From a virus: a stretch of 64,000 nucleotides of DNA. Of this stretch, positions 1 through 8,786 are shown piece by piece. The translations under genes were made by a program, and so were the position numbers. The stretch covers positions 32,001 through 96,000 of the IMG/VR virus record IMGVR_UViG_3300047160_020099; one strand, 5' to 3'. Below the pieces are notes generated by a model. The model saw nothing but the letters and a program-made list of their open reading frames with translations, searched no databases and was not told the origin of the DNA. Numbering within the stretch: position 1 is the first letter of the stretch; each line of letters begins with the position of its first letter.

Positions 1-16
1 GCTCTCCGGCTGTGCC

Positions 17-226
17 ATGTCGCCTGAAGAGCGGCAAAAGTTCATGCGGGAAAACCCACCACAACTCGTTGGCGAGCAAGACGGCGTCAAGCTGTGGCAC
101 GCCCTGGTGCCACTCAAGTACGGCGGCACCCAGGACGTTTTCTTCACCACTCCGGGCGGTGCCACCAACTGGCGGGAAAAGCAAGGAAAGGTGTGGGTAG
201 AGAAGGGCGTTCCCGGTACTCCGTAA
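17..226 (+). CDS. Hypothetical protein (may extend past the left window edge)
   Basis: Frame is open from the window start; phage-like codon usage; TAA at 224-226. Confidence 0.55.
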   Translation: MSPEERQKFMRENPPQLVGEQDGVKLWHALVPLKYGGTQDVFFTTPGGATNWREKQGKVWVEKGVPGTP

Positions 227-231
227 CCGGC

Positions 232-260
232 TAAATTCCAATCACTTTGGTGGCATTCTT
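232..260 (+). promoter_or_regulatory. Candidate phage promoter TAAA-N14-GTGGCATTCTT
   Basis: Same two-part motif and identical spacing recur at 644 and 45080, each in an intergenic gap. Confidence 0.5.
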
Positions 261-296
261 CAGTGGAGGATCCTTTCCCCACACAAGGAGGTTCGT

Positions 297-584
297 ATGG
301 AGGCGAAGTTGATTGTGCCGTATCTCGACCGGGACGGTCGGGTACAGCACCTCATGAAGCGAGTGCCGCTTGCCCTGCGGCCGTGCTGTGGTTCAGAAGT
401 AGCGCTGGAGCCTGAACAGCGAGACCGTTCGCCGATAGCCTGCGTCAAGGCTATCAAGTATGACTGCTGTGGCTGTCTCTTGATCTACTTCAACGTGGTA
501 AAGCCTGGCTCCGGCTGGTTCGGGATCTCCCACGAGGCCTTCCAGAAGGCGATGGCTTCGTGGTCCCGGGTGGTCCTCGTGTGA
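297..584 (+). CDS. Hypothetical Cys-rich protein
   Basis: AGGAGG RBS before ATG; followed by a terminator. Confidence 0.75.
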   Translation: MEAKLIVPYLDRDGRVQHLMKRVPLALRPCCGSEVALEPEQRDRSPIACVKAIKYDCCGCLLIYFNVVKPGSGWFGISHEAFQKAMASWSRVVLV

Positions 585-598
585 GAAGTGAAGTGATC

Positions 599-636
599 GG
601 TTCTCCTCGTCAAAGCGACGAGGAGAGCCTTTTTTC
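599..636 (+). terminator. Rho-independent terminator
   Basis: GGTTCTCCTCGTC-AAAGC-GACGAGGAGAGCC stem followed by a T run. Confidence 0.85.
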
Positions 637-643
637 TAGCTGT

Positions 644-672
644 TAAAAAACGACAAGAGCGGTGGCATTATT
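644..672 (+). promoter_or_regulatory. Candidate phage promoter TAAA-N14-GTGGCATTATT
   Basis: Directly after the terminator; same motif and spacing as 232 and 45080. Confidence 0.55.
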
Positions 673-744
673 AGATGACATGCCAAGTATATAACGTTTG
701 TCGCAGTATGGTGGTGTCAGTAATTAGCTATCGGCAGGAGGACC

Positions 745-1155
745 ATGAAAGCAACAGTATTCCAATACTTCGATCTTCACGCTGCCAGTCTGGACCGTCC
801 TGTCGCAGCAGATTGGCTTGAGGATCAGGGCTGGTACCCCATTGAGGCGGCAGCATTGAGAGGCAAGCTAGACTTGCCTGCGGAACCACATTCCTGTGAA
901 GAAACAGACCCTGACAGTATGGCTAGCGTGTATGCCTATCACGGCAATGGCGTTGGTGGCCTGGACGTGAATTTTAGCGGTGGTTGCGACCGGTCCATAA
1001 TTGAACACAAAGGTGCCGTGTCTACAAACGGCATAAGCGGACAGCAAGGCGGCATTGCTGACGGAGCTCAAGGCTACGACATTTACGATGCCGATGATGA
1101 TGCGGGAAATGCGGGCGATGAGACACCGGCCTGGCGTCCTGCGGCCGGCTGTTAG
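745..1155 (+). CDS. Hypothetical protein with TIGR02996-like ADWLE motif and Gly/Asp-rich tail; paralog of 1517-1909
   Basis: AGGAGG RBS; VFQYFDLHA..D.PVAADWLEDQG shared with the 1517 ORF. Confidence 0.75.
   Translation: MKATVFQYFDLHAASLDRPVAADWLEDQGWYPIEAAALRGKLDLPAEPHSCEETDPDSMASVYAYHGNGVGGLDVNFSGGCDRSIIEHKGAVSTNGISGQQGGIADGAQGYDIYDADDDAGNAGDETPAWRPAAGC
756..769. repeat. Dispersed 14-bp palindrome AGTATTCCAATACT
   Basis: Exact arms; lies in the first codons of ORF 745. Confidence 0.7.
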
Positions 1156-1178
1156 TGGTATTGAAATGAGGAGGAGAA

Positions 1179-1529
1179 ATGATAGGCGAATTCGTCCTAA
1201 TTAGAACGTACTCAGCTGGCGTACACATGGGTACGCTGGTCAGTTGTAATGGCACCGCGGTTTTGCTGGAAGCACCCGAGCTGCACATCAAAGACCCAAA
1301 GGAACGGGCCGCAGCGATGGCCAGGAATCCAGACAAGAAGGGGTGGCCCCGTCGGCTATGGCGGTGGCGTGGGGCAAACACTTTGCACGAGGTATCGCTA
1401 TACGGTATCGAGCCTGGCTCACGCATCAGCGAGCCGATCGAGCAGATCCTGCTGACTCAGGCCATCGAGGTCCTGGTGCCCACGGAAAAGGCTCGGGAGA
1501 CGTTGGAAGTTTCGGCATGGCCAGATTGA
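1179..1529 (+). CDS. DUF6948-like phage protein
   Basis: IRTYSAGVHMGTL...RRLWRWRGANTLHEVS...LTQAIE pattern; GAGGAGGAG RBS. Confidence 0.75.
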   Translation: MIGEFVLIRTYSAGVHMGTLVSCNGTAVLLEAPELHIKDPKERAAAMARNPDKKGWPRRLWRWRGANTLHEVSLYGIEPGSRISEPIEQILLTQAIEVLVPTEKARETLEVSAWPD

Positions 1530-1909
1530 TAGTATTCGAATACTTCGACCTTCATGCAGGCAGCATTGACTGGCCTATTGCTGCCGACTGGTTCGAGGAC
1601 CGCTACCCTGACCCTGTTCAACCAGCGGCCTTGCGTATCGCTCTTTTTCTTCCAGATCATATCAAGATGGCCATCCAGCACCACGATGAACGGGCGAGTG
1701 GTTCGGCCTGTGGCGCCGGTACAGGAAACGGTCGCGGTCATGCGGCCGGACCTGCGGCCAGTGGTGGCACATACGCTTGGGCCAATTCTTGTGGTACGGG
1801 TGACGGTGCTGGCCACATAGGCCTGGCCGGGTATGTTTATGGCGGTGGTACAGGCGACGGCAGCTCAGAAGGTGCCGACGACTCTGATATCCCACCCGGA
1901 GCTTTTTAA
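1517..1909 (+). CDS. Hypothetical protein, paralog of 745-1155 (start refined from track 1343)
   Basis: MARLIVFEYFDLHAGSIDWPIAADWFED aligns with the N-terminus of ORF 745; Gly-rich C-terminus. Confidence 0.7.
   Translation: MARLIVFEYFDLHAGSIDWPIAADWFEDRYPDPVQPAALRIALFLPDHIKMAIQHHDERASGSACGAGTGNGRGHAAGPAASGGTYAWANSCGTGDGAGHIGLAGYVYGGGTGDGSSEGADDSDIPPGAF
1531..1544. repeat. Dispersed 14-bp palindrome AGTATTCGAATACT
   Basis: Perfect palindrome at a gene junction. Confidence 0.7.
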
Positions 1910-1951
1910 GTAAGATGAGTTTCGTTCCTGTCCTATTTGGAGGGCCACATC

Positions 1952-2401
1952 ATGCCGAAGACCAAGATCACTGACGACGACGTTCTGCACGTGCTGAACG
2001 AAGCCGGATTGGATGCCGAGGACATCACGGCCTTTCGGATGGCCCGGCACCTCCTGTCGCACGGCGTGCCGGCCTGCTGTGTGTATTACCACATGGCCCT
2101 GGACACGGAAGTGCCTTCCCCGTCCGCCGAGCTGATCAACGAGCTGATGGCTGACAGCGGGCTGCTGGGGGCCTATGCCAACTGTACATTGGCCTCGTTC
2201 GCCCACGCGAACCGAGCACGTATTCTGGCCAAGAAGGCCCACGTCAACCTGCGGTATGTGCCCTGCCCCGCCTGTGTGCTGACGCGCAAGTTCGTCCGTC
2301 TGCCAAAGGGTTGTGGCTGCTGTCTGGACCGGAAGAAGCATCCCGGCACTGACTGCGACCCGCCTCCTGACGACACGACGGAGAAGGCTTCGACAGAATG
2401 A
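1952..2401 (+). CDS. Hypothetical protein with CxxC and Cys-rich C-terminus
   Basis: GGAGGG RBS before ATG 1952. Confidence 0.75.
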   Translation: MPKTKITDDDVLHVLNEAGLDAEDITAFRMARHLLSHGVPACCVYYHMALDTEVPSPSAELINELMADSGLLGAYANCTLASFAHANRARILAKKAHVNLRYVPCPACVLTRKFVRLPKGCGCCLDRKKHPGTDCDPPPDDTTEKASTE

Positions 2402-2407
2402 TCTGAT

Positions 2408-2452
2408 TTGCGTGGTCCAGGGACGTCTGCCATAATGCTGGCAGACGTCCCT
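2408..2452 (+). promoter_or_regulatory. Sigma70-like promoter whose -10 lies at the loop of a 14-bp inverted repeat
   Basis: TTGCGT-N17-CATAAT with TGn extension; AGGGACGTCTGCCA (2419-2432) pairs with TGGCAGACGTCCCT (2439-2452). Confidence 0.6.
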
Positions 2453-2469
2453 CTTACGGAGATTTGTGA

Positions 2470-2919
2470 ATGAAGACCCTGAAGCTCTTCGGACTCGCCC
2501 TGCTTCTGGCGTTGATTCCGACCGTGAGTCGTGCAGGTTGTGGGTATGGCTACGGATACAGCTCGTATTACCCGAGCTACTCCTATTCCTACCCGAGTTA
2601 CTCTTACCCAAGCTACTCTTACCCGAGTGTCTACTACCCGCCCTACGTTGCTTACCCAAGCTACTACCCGGCGACACTCGGCCAGCCACAACTCGGGCTT
2701 GGTGGCTTGAACAGTCTCGCCCAGCTTCAGCAACTTGCTGGGTTGGGAACCGCCGGAACTGACTTGCAGCAGTTGCAATTGATCCTTCAGCTCAAGCAGC
2801 TGTTGGGGCAGCAACAGACGACCCAGCAGCAAGTTCCGCCGGCGCCGGGTCCCATTCCTCAGCTGACTGCCGAGGAAGTTACTCGCCTGCGAGCCATCTT
2901 GCAGGGCGGGCTCAAGTGA
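2470..2919 (+). CDS. Exported low-complexity protein with YPSY repeats and Q/L-rich C-terminus
   Basis: Signal peptide MKTLKLFGLALLLALIPTVSRA; GGAG RBS. Confidence 0.8.
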   Translation: MKTLKLFGLALLLALIPTVSRAGCGYGYGYSSYYPSYSYSYPSYSYPSYSYPSVYYPPYVAYPSYYPATLGQPQLGLGGLNSLAQLQQLAGLGTAGTDLQQLQLILQLKQLLGQQQTTQQQVPPAPGPIPQLTAEEVTRLRAILQGGLK

Positions 2920-2968
2920 ACAAGTTGTTCACAGGTGAACAGGCTCAATATTGAGGAAGGAACCTCTC

Positions 2969-3373
2969 ATGGCCGAACAGCAACAGCTCCAGTTTCCGCA
3001 GGCCGCGTACGAAGTCCTGGTCAACAAGGTCCACCGGCCTGTTTTCCTGGAGAAGCTGGCCGCCGAGTACAACATCATCCCGCAGTCGCCGCAGGACGAG
3101 TTCCAGTTGCTGGAGCTTGCCGGCCTCTTGCGGGAAGCCCGCGAGTCACAGACCGTCAAGACGGCTGCGGCCGGTGGCGGCAACAACTTCCTGACGGAAG
3201 CTACTGACAGCCTCAAGGGCGCCTTGTCGCAGCTTGGCTATGGCCAGGTTCCGACTTTCCGTGACCGGCTGATCAAGCAGGCCGCGGCTGGGCTGTCGCA
3301 AGATCCCGAGGTCGTCAGGGCCGTCGAGGAGTTCGGTAGCTACTGGGGCAAGGTGGCCGAGCAGAACGGCTAA
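2969..3373 (+). CDS. Putative head-associated or scaffold-like protein
   Basis: GAGGAAGGA RBS; helical; repeated K-x-A motifs (EKLAA, VKTAA, IKQAA); position upstream of structural genes. Confidence 0.65.
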   Translation: MAEQQQLQFPQAAYEVLVNKVHRPVFLEKLAAEYNIIPQSPQDEFQLLELAGLLREARESQTVKTAAAGGGNNFLTEATDSLKGALSQLGYGQVPTFRDRLIKQAAAGLSQDPEVVRAVEEFGSYWGKVAEQNG

Positions 3374-3423
3374 TTGCCGCTTCGCTAATCTTTTTTTACA
3401 TGTGACCACGGAGGGTTCTCCAC

Positions 3424-5004
3424 ATGGCTGGTCTGTATACAACCGTCAAGAACCTCATGGGTGTGGACCACGTTTTTGGCTACATTCCGCCCCACGGCAA
3501 GAAGCTGCTCGCCAACGCGGCCTACACTTTGCCGGGCGATCTGCTCAGCCACACGTTGTTCGGTCGCACCAGCAATTTCAGCCGCATGCGCTTCAAGTCG
3601 CTGGAACGTGACTTGTATCGTGGCCGGCTGGCTGTCGAGAGCACGCCCGCGCCGATCTTCTTCGATGCGGCTGCGCCAACGGCCCTCACAGCTGCCAGCG
3701 GTGCCCCGACACTCGGTACAGCTGGCGGCACCACCTGGACTGGCACAACCGGCAGCTACTACTTCGTCTACACCTACCTGAACGCGTACGGTGAAACGAC
3801 GATTGGTTCGAGCCGCACCGCTGCCACCACACTGACCAACGGCACAACCAAGGAACAGATCACCATCCCGACGAAGACAGGCGCTACCAGCGCCAACGTC
3901 TACGCCAGCACCACAAGCGGTTCCGAGGTGTTCTTGCAGAACATCGCTTCGGCCAGCTTCGGCTCTGCTGTGGACATCGTGGCCAACTTCCCGAGCGGCA
4001 CGGCGTTGCCAAGCTCCAACACAGCGACACTGCCTGCTCCGACTCTGATCCCGGCGGTCAACGTCACAGGTGGTGGTGCCACAGGCGGCTCGCTTCAGTC
4101 CGGTGCGTACTTTGCCAAGTACACCTGGACCAACGCCAATGGCGAGACCACGGTTTCGCCCGAGACGCTCCAGTTCACCGTCGCCACCGGCAACATCCCT
4201 GCACTGACTTTGCAGCCGGCGCCTAACGGTGCGACCGGTGTCAACATCTACCTCACCGCGGCTGCTGGTGGAACAGGTACAGAAACCCTCTACGACAGTG
4301 TGCCGATCCCGGCTGGTGGCCTTGCCAGCAACCTGGCCGGCTACTTGCAGCCGGGTATTGGTGGTTCGGGTTCCAACCCGGAGACGCCACTCTCGCTGTA
4401 TCTCTTCCAGAAGGCCCAGGCGACTGGCGCCTCCATGCCTGGTGCCAATACGGCGGTGGTTTCGGCTCCGACTGTCACACCGGTCGTGACAGTTCTGGCG
4501 TCTGGTGTGCCCGGCGTGACGCCGCCACTGAGCAACCTCGCACCTTACCTTGCCCCTGGTATGCAGGGCGATGTGTGGTTCGGGGCGCAACAGTACAACG
4601 GTCAGCTTCAGCCTGGTACATACTACGCCAAGTTCACCTACGTCAACGCTGGTGGTGAGACCACTCCGTCCCCAGAGTCCAGCCCGTTCACTGTCGTGGC
4701 CGGGCAGATTCCGGTGATGCAGCTGGTGCCACCGGGCCGATCGCCGGAAGGGTTGGCCCTATTCCCGCCTGGTGTGACCAGTGTGAACGTGTACCTGACA
4801 GCTGCTGGCGGTGGCGCTGGCAACGAGACGCTTTACCTGAGCGGTGTCACTGCGGCTTTCGCCCTGCTGACCATTCCGACCGGTAACGTATCGTGGCCGA
4901 CAACCAACACGACTGGTGGCCACTCCGTTCGAACGATTCGCGTGAATGCCGATACTCTCGGCACCCTTGACCCGGCCTGGGGTGCCTACCGCGGGCCGGC
5001 GTGA
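3424..5004 (+). CDS. Putative virion decoration protein with three copies of a ~110-aa beta-rich repeat domain
   Basis: Three G.YY.KYT..NA.GET motifs also found in the tail sheath; GGAGGG RBS; followed by a terminator. Confidence 0.8.
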   Translation: MAGLYTTVKNLMGVDHVFGYIPPHGKKLLANAAYTLPGDLLSHTLFGRTSNFSRMRFKSLERDLYRGRLAVESTPAPIFFDAAAPTALTAASGAPTLGTAGGTTWTGTTGSYYFVYTYLNAYGETTIGSSRTAATTLTNGTTKEQITIPTKTGATSANVYASTTSGSEVFLQNIASASFGSAVDIVANFPSGTALPSSNTATLPAPTLIPAVNVTGGGATGGSLQSGAYFAKYTWTNANGETTVSPETLQFTVATGNIPALTLQPAPNGATGVNIYLTAAAGGTGTETLYDSVPIPAGGLASNLAGYLQPGIGGSGSNPETPLSLYLFQKAQATGASMPGANTAVVSAPTVTPVVTVLASGVPGVTPPLSNLAPYLAPGMQGDVWFGAQQYNGQLQPGTYYAKFTYVNAGGETTPSPESSPFTVVAGQIPVMQLVPPGRSPEGLALFPPGVTSVNVYLTAAGGGAGNETLYLSGVTAAFALLTIPTGNVSWPTTNTTGGHSVRTIRVNADTLGTLDPAWGAYRGPA

Positions 5005-5027
5005 ACGAAGCTCCTGTTCTCCCTCTC

Positions 5028-5061
5028 GGCCGGCCCCTGTTCTGCAGGGGCCGGTTTTTTT
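5028..5061 (+). terminator. Rho-independent terminator
   Basis: GGCCGGCCCCTG-TTCTG-CAGGGGCCGG followed by T7. Confidence 0.85.
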
Positions 5062-5070
5062 AGCACTCAC

Positions 5071-5625
5071 ATGCTGCCACTGAACTACGCGCTTGCATTG
5101 GCTTTACTGACAGCCGGCGGGCCGGACGAAGGCCCACTGGACTGCAAGGGCTACGGCACCCTTCTGCCTACGCTGCAAGACGTGGCGGTTTCGATCGAGG
5201 TTCTCGACAAACGTGAGCTACGCTACTGGCTAGCCAAGTACGAAGAACTGCCTCTTGACCTGCGCAACATACGGAAGCGCTGTCGGGAGCTAGGAGACGC
5301 ACCGCCTCTGGCAGAACACTGGCGTTTTCCTACCCGCGAGCTCCTGATCGAACAGAAAGGTTTCAACCGGGAATGCCACGCGTATCTCGAAGGGCAGCGG
5401 GAGATGGACTTCTTGCGACCGGGCTGGTACGTGGAACGGCTAGCAGAATTGGACAGGCTCTTACTGATATATGACAAGGCGACGGACGTGAAGACCGAGT
5501 ATTACTATACTACGGTCAGGCGAGGCGCCCTGAAAGATCTCCGCGAGCTGCTAGGCTGGAAGCGCTACAGCGAGGGAACGTTACCGCCTTGCGTGCCTGT
5601 GAACCTGTTTAGGGTGGCCAACTGA
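5071..5625 (+). CDS. Hypothetical protein with signal peptide, resembling Gemmataceae hypothetical proteins
   Basis: Hydrophobic N-terminus; DAPPL...RFP...RR.AL..LR..LG...Y..G.LPP.VP pattern recalled from planctomycete proteins, not searched. Confidence 0.75.
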   Translation: MLPLNYALALALLTAGGPDEGPLDCKGYGTLLPTLQDVAVSIEVLDKRELRYWLAKYEELPLDLRNIRKRCRELGDAPPLAEHWRFPTRELLIEQKGFNRECHAYLEGQREMDFLRPGWYVERLAELDRLLLIYDKATDVKTEYYYTTVRRGALKDLRELLGWKRYSEGTLPPCVPVNLFRVAN

Positions 5626-5634
5626 CCTGTTGAT

Positions 5635-5668
5635 TTGTAGCGTCGTCCTGGCCTTGTTATAGTCAAGG
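5635..5668 (+). promoter_or_regulatory. Sigma70-like promoter
   Basis: TTGTAG-N17-TATAGT with TGn extension; -10 flanked by short IR CCTTG/CAAGG. Confidence 0.55.
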
Positions 5669-5710
5669 TGGACATCGTAGCTGGCTCATAAACGGGCAAA
5701 GGACTGCACC

Positions 5711-6499
5711 ATGAGCATTATCCTCACCGCACTTCTGGTCGTTGTGTTCCTGCTGTTGCTTGATCTCAACAAGCTCATCATGGTGCCTTCGGCCGGTGGC
5801 GTGGAGTTGCTGAAGCGGCAGCTCTATGGCCGCGGCGGCACCATTACAGCCGCCACCAACGCCAGCCCCACGGTCATCACCAGCACTTCCCACGGCCTGT
5901 CTAACGGTGATGCCGTCTACATCGCGGGTGCGACAGGCAACACGAACATCAACGGCGGTCCCTTTGTGGTCAACAACGTGGCCACAAACACTTTCCAGAT
6001 CGCCACGATTTCAGGCACCACCCTTACCCTGGTCAACGGTAACGGCACGTTCGGCGGCACCTGCTACTGGTCGCTCGCCAACATGGAAAACTGTGCCCTG
6101 AAGCTTTACTCCAGCAACACCACCCCGGCTGAGGGTGACACAGCTGGTACGTACACCGAAGTGGCCAACGGCTCCGGCTACACGACCGGCGGCGTTACGC
6201 TCAACAGCGTTACCCAGGCGACCGGTCAGTCCGGCTGGACAGTGCCGGCCACAGTGGGTTCAGGCGGTACTGGTGCCTGGGGCACAGGTCTTGGCACTGG
6301 TTCGACAAACGTGCCGGAAAGCACGTACAACCAGCAAACCTGGTCCTGGACCGGCAACGTGACAGCGTACGGTTACTTCGTGGTCGGAGGCACTTCGACG
6401 ACAATCTGGTGGAGCGAGCGGTTTGCCAACCCGCCAAAAAACTTCGGGTCGGGCGATACACTCCAGCTAACGCCGAGGTTGGGCTTGACGCACGCTTGA
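5711..6499 (+). CDS. Putative virion structural (tail or fibre-associated) protein
   Basis: ITAATNASPTVITSTSHGLSNGD module and LKLYS.N.TP...YTEV..GY motif typical of phage tail-associated proteins. Confidence 0.75.
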   Translation: MSIILTALLVVVFLLLLDLNKLIMVPSAGGVELLKRQLYGRGGTITAATNASPTVITSTSHGLSNGDAVYIAGATGNTNINGGPFVVNNVATNTFQIATISGTTLTLVNGNGTFGGTCYWSLANMENCALKLYSSNTTPAEGDTAGTYTEVANGSGYTTGGVTLNSVTQATGQSGWTVPATVGSGGTGAWGTGLGTGSTNVPESTYNQQTWSWTGNVTAYGYFVVGGTSTTIWWSERFANPPKNFGSGDTLQLTPRLGLTHA

Positions 6500-6557
6500 C
6501 AGAATTCTACGTTATCTGTAAATTAGCTCCTGATGGTAACTTAATCAGGAGCTAATT
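6496..6557 (+). promoter_or_regulatory. Sigma70 promoter plus RBS-sequestering hairpin upstream of the HNH gene
   Basis: TTGACA(6496)-N17-TAAATT(6519); AATTAGCTCCTGAT (6521-6534) pairs with ATCAGGAGCTAATT (6544-6557), which contains the AGGAG RBS and abuts the ATG. Confidence 0.75.
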
Positions 6558-7538
6558 ATGACAGAGACATGGAAATCGCCGTTGGGTAAACGACCGAGAA
6601 CTTACAGTCCAGAATTCGAGCAAACAGTTTTACAAGCGTTCCGCGAGGGAAAATCCGCTTCAGATATCGGTCGCGAAACAAATAAGCCGGCTTACTTGAT
6701 TCGGCTCATTCTGCAACGGTTTGGACTTAAAGCATCCGTGAATCAGCGGAGAGGACCACAAGGAAAACCACCAGAGACCCAACAAGCTATCGTGGTTTTT
6801 TATCAGGAGCCTCATACGATTCACGCAACAATGGAGCGCTTTGGCATGTCATATGGAGGTATTCGCAAGATACTGTCCAAAAATAATGCGCTTCGTGGTG
6901 ATGAGGGTCGCCGAGCTTTTAGTCCAGACGAAGTAGCTGAAATGAAAAGGCTGTTTCTGGCTGGCACGTCGCTCTGTGAAATAGCTGAGCAATTCCACAC
7001 ATGCGCACGAACAACGGAACGCTGGCTACACGAGAACGGTGTTGAACTTCCGGTTAAAAAGGATCAGCGACGTACAGAATTAGCCGAAGGGGTGGCCGAG
7101 GCAATCAAAGCATTGTGGGCTGACGGCAATAACACCGGTACGATCGCAGAAGCGTGTGGATTGAAACGAGGAGCGGTGATCTGGTTTATACGACGCGAGG
7201 GATTGAGTCGTCCACGTAAAGATGGCCGTATTTTCCATCGCAGAGATGGTTATTGGTACATTCTTGTTCGCGCGGACGATCCTATGCACGCTATGGCTAA
7301 TACCAATAGCTATGTCCTTGAACACCGCCTCGTCGTGGCCCGCCACCTCGGCCGTCCGCTGACCCGGCACGAAACCGTTCACCACATCAACGGTGACAAG
7401 AACGACAACCGGCTGGACAACCTCCAGCTTCGCCACGGCAACCATGGGACTGGAATCGTTCTCCAGTGTCGCTGCTGTGGCTCAACCGATATCACCGAAC
7501 GACCTTTGGCCGTCAGTGAACTTAAACCAGGAGATTGA
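6558..7538 (+). CDS. Free-standing HNH homing endonuclease with multiple N-terminal HTH-like repeats
   Basis: YVLEHRLVVARHLGRPL...VHHINGDKNDNRLDNL motif; locally lower GC. Confidence 0.9.
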   Translation: MTETWKSPLGKRPRTYSPEFEQTVLQAFREGKSASDIGRETNKPAYLIRLILQRFGLKASVNQRRGPQGKPPETQQAIVVFYQEPHTIHATMERFGMSYGGIRKILSKNNALRGDEGRRAFSPDEVAEMKRLFLAGTSLCEIAEQFHTCARTTERWLHENGVELPVKKDQRRTELAEGVAEAIKALWADGNNTGTIAEACGLKRGAVIWFIRREGLSRPRKDGRIFHRRDGYWYILVRADDPMHAMANTNSYVLEHRLVVARHLGRPLTRHETVHHINGDKNDNRLDNLQLRHGNHGTGIVLQCRCCGSTDITERPLAVSELKPGD

Positions 7539-7541
7539 TTC

Positions 7542-8153
7542 ATGAAGGATTCTCTCGGCCTCGAAGCTCCAGTGCAGCCGGCTCCCCGGCTTCGTCCTCG
7601 CTCGTTCGTCAAGCTTCAGCTCAAGGACAAAGCGAAGCAGAAGTACTTTACGGAGCAGGGCGCACACACTGCCCGTGACGGCTCCCTCGTTGCGATCTTC
7701 TATGGCGGCTTTACTTCCACCGCCATCGAGGTCACCCGTCAGGACGGGACCAAGGAGACACATAGCAGCGAGTGGATTCCTGAACACTTCCAGCTCATTC
7801 GGGCCAATGGGACCAACCTCTCGTTGCCTGTGCTGGAGGAGAAGCTCGGGCACTGGGTGATCCAGGACATCAACTTCCTGCCTCACACCAAGGACGGTGC
7901 TCCCAACCCGAACATCGTGTCCTGGGCGCCTGTCAATGATGCCCGGGACCTGCCGCCTGGCCGGATCGTCCATCCTCAGTGGCTTGAGGCACTTCACAAT
8001 GCCGACAAGAAACCAGGCGAGGAAGGGCACCGGCTGACCGACGCACAACACACGGAACACGCAGCCGGCCTGACGCCTGCCCAGTTCATGGCCAAGGCCG
8101 CGAAGTTCGTGCCTCACCCAGCAGCGGAAGCTGCTTTGACCGCGAAGGACTGA
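7542..8153 (+). CDS. Hypothetical protein
   Basis: AGGAG RBS; phage-like codon usage. Confidence 0.75.
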   Translation: MKDSLGLEAPVQPAPRLRPRSFVKLQLKDKAKQKYFTEQGAHTARDGSLVAIFYGGFTSTAIEVTRQDGTKETHSSEWIPEHFQLIRANGTNLSLPVLEEKLGHWVIQDINFLPHTKDGAPNPNIVSWAPVNDARDLPPGRIVHPQWLEALHNADKKPGEEGHRLTDAQHTEHAAGLTPAQFMAKAAKFVPHPAAEAALTAKD

Positions 8154-8179
8154 ACGTTGAAGCTAGGGAGGGCTTACCC

Positions 8180-8785
8180 ATGGCCGTGCGTCTGTCAGAT
8201 ACGGAAAAGCTGCTTGCCGTGATGTGGCGGTCCAAGATGGAGGCCGCCAATATCCCTCTCGATCCAGCTCACCGCAATCCCAGCCAGCTGCAAGCCTCTG
8301 TATTCATGCTGTGGACTGCCCGAATGGAAATGGCAGTGGACGGGCAGACAGTAGACTACAGGATCTTGCAAGAGTGGATTCATCCAGCCTCGGGTCCGCC
8401 GGGTTCACTCGCGCCGCCAGTGTCAGCAGACGTCCTTGCCGCTTCTGGGCCGACGCCCATCACGTTCTCGATCGCTCCCGCTGCGCGTTCAGGCGCCTTT
8501 GGCTCGTCCGTTGTGACGCATCCGGGCGGTGCTTACACCCGGCTCTACTGGGAACTCAACCTGCCGACGGTCACGGACTACGTCAATCCGGCGAACCAGA
8601 TTGTCATGAACTTCATCGTCAATGGCAATCCAAGCCAGATCATCTGGCAAGGAAACGACGGCAACGTACCTCCTTTCGCAATGGAGTACGACATCAGCCG
8701 TTACGGCGCCGGCACGACGTTCCAGATAACAGGCAGCCTGAACAATACAATGAACATGGGCATAGCGAACGGTAAGCTATCGTGA
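8180..8785 (+). CDS. Hypothetical, probably structural protein
   Basis: GGGAGGG RBS; abuts the next gene. Confidence 0.75.
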   Translation: MAVRLSDTEKLLAVMWRSKMEAANIPLDPAHRNPSQLQASVFMLWTARMEMAVDGQTVDYRILQEWIHPASGPPGSLAPPVSADVLAASGPTPITFSIAPAARSGAFGSSVVTHPGGAYTRLYWELNLPTVTDYVNPANQIVMNFIVNGNPSQIIWQGNDGNVPPFAMEYDISRYGAGTTFQITGSLNNTMNMGIANGKLS

Positions 8786-8786
8786 C

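Noticed and set aside
5498-5511. AGTATTACTATACT as a firm palindrome site
   Set aside because: One arm mismatch, but it could arise simply from EYYYT coding; counted only as a tentative copy and not listed as a feature
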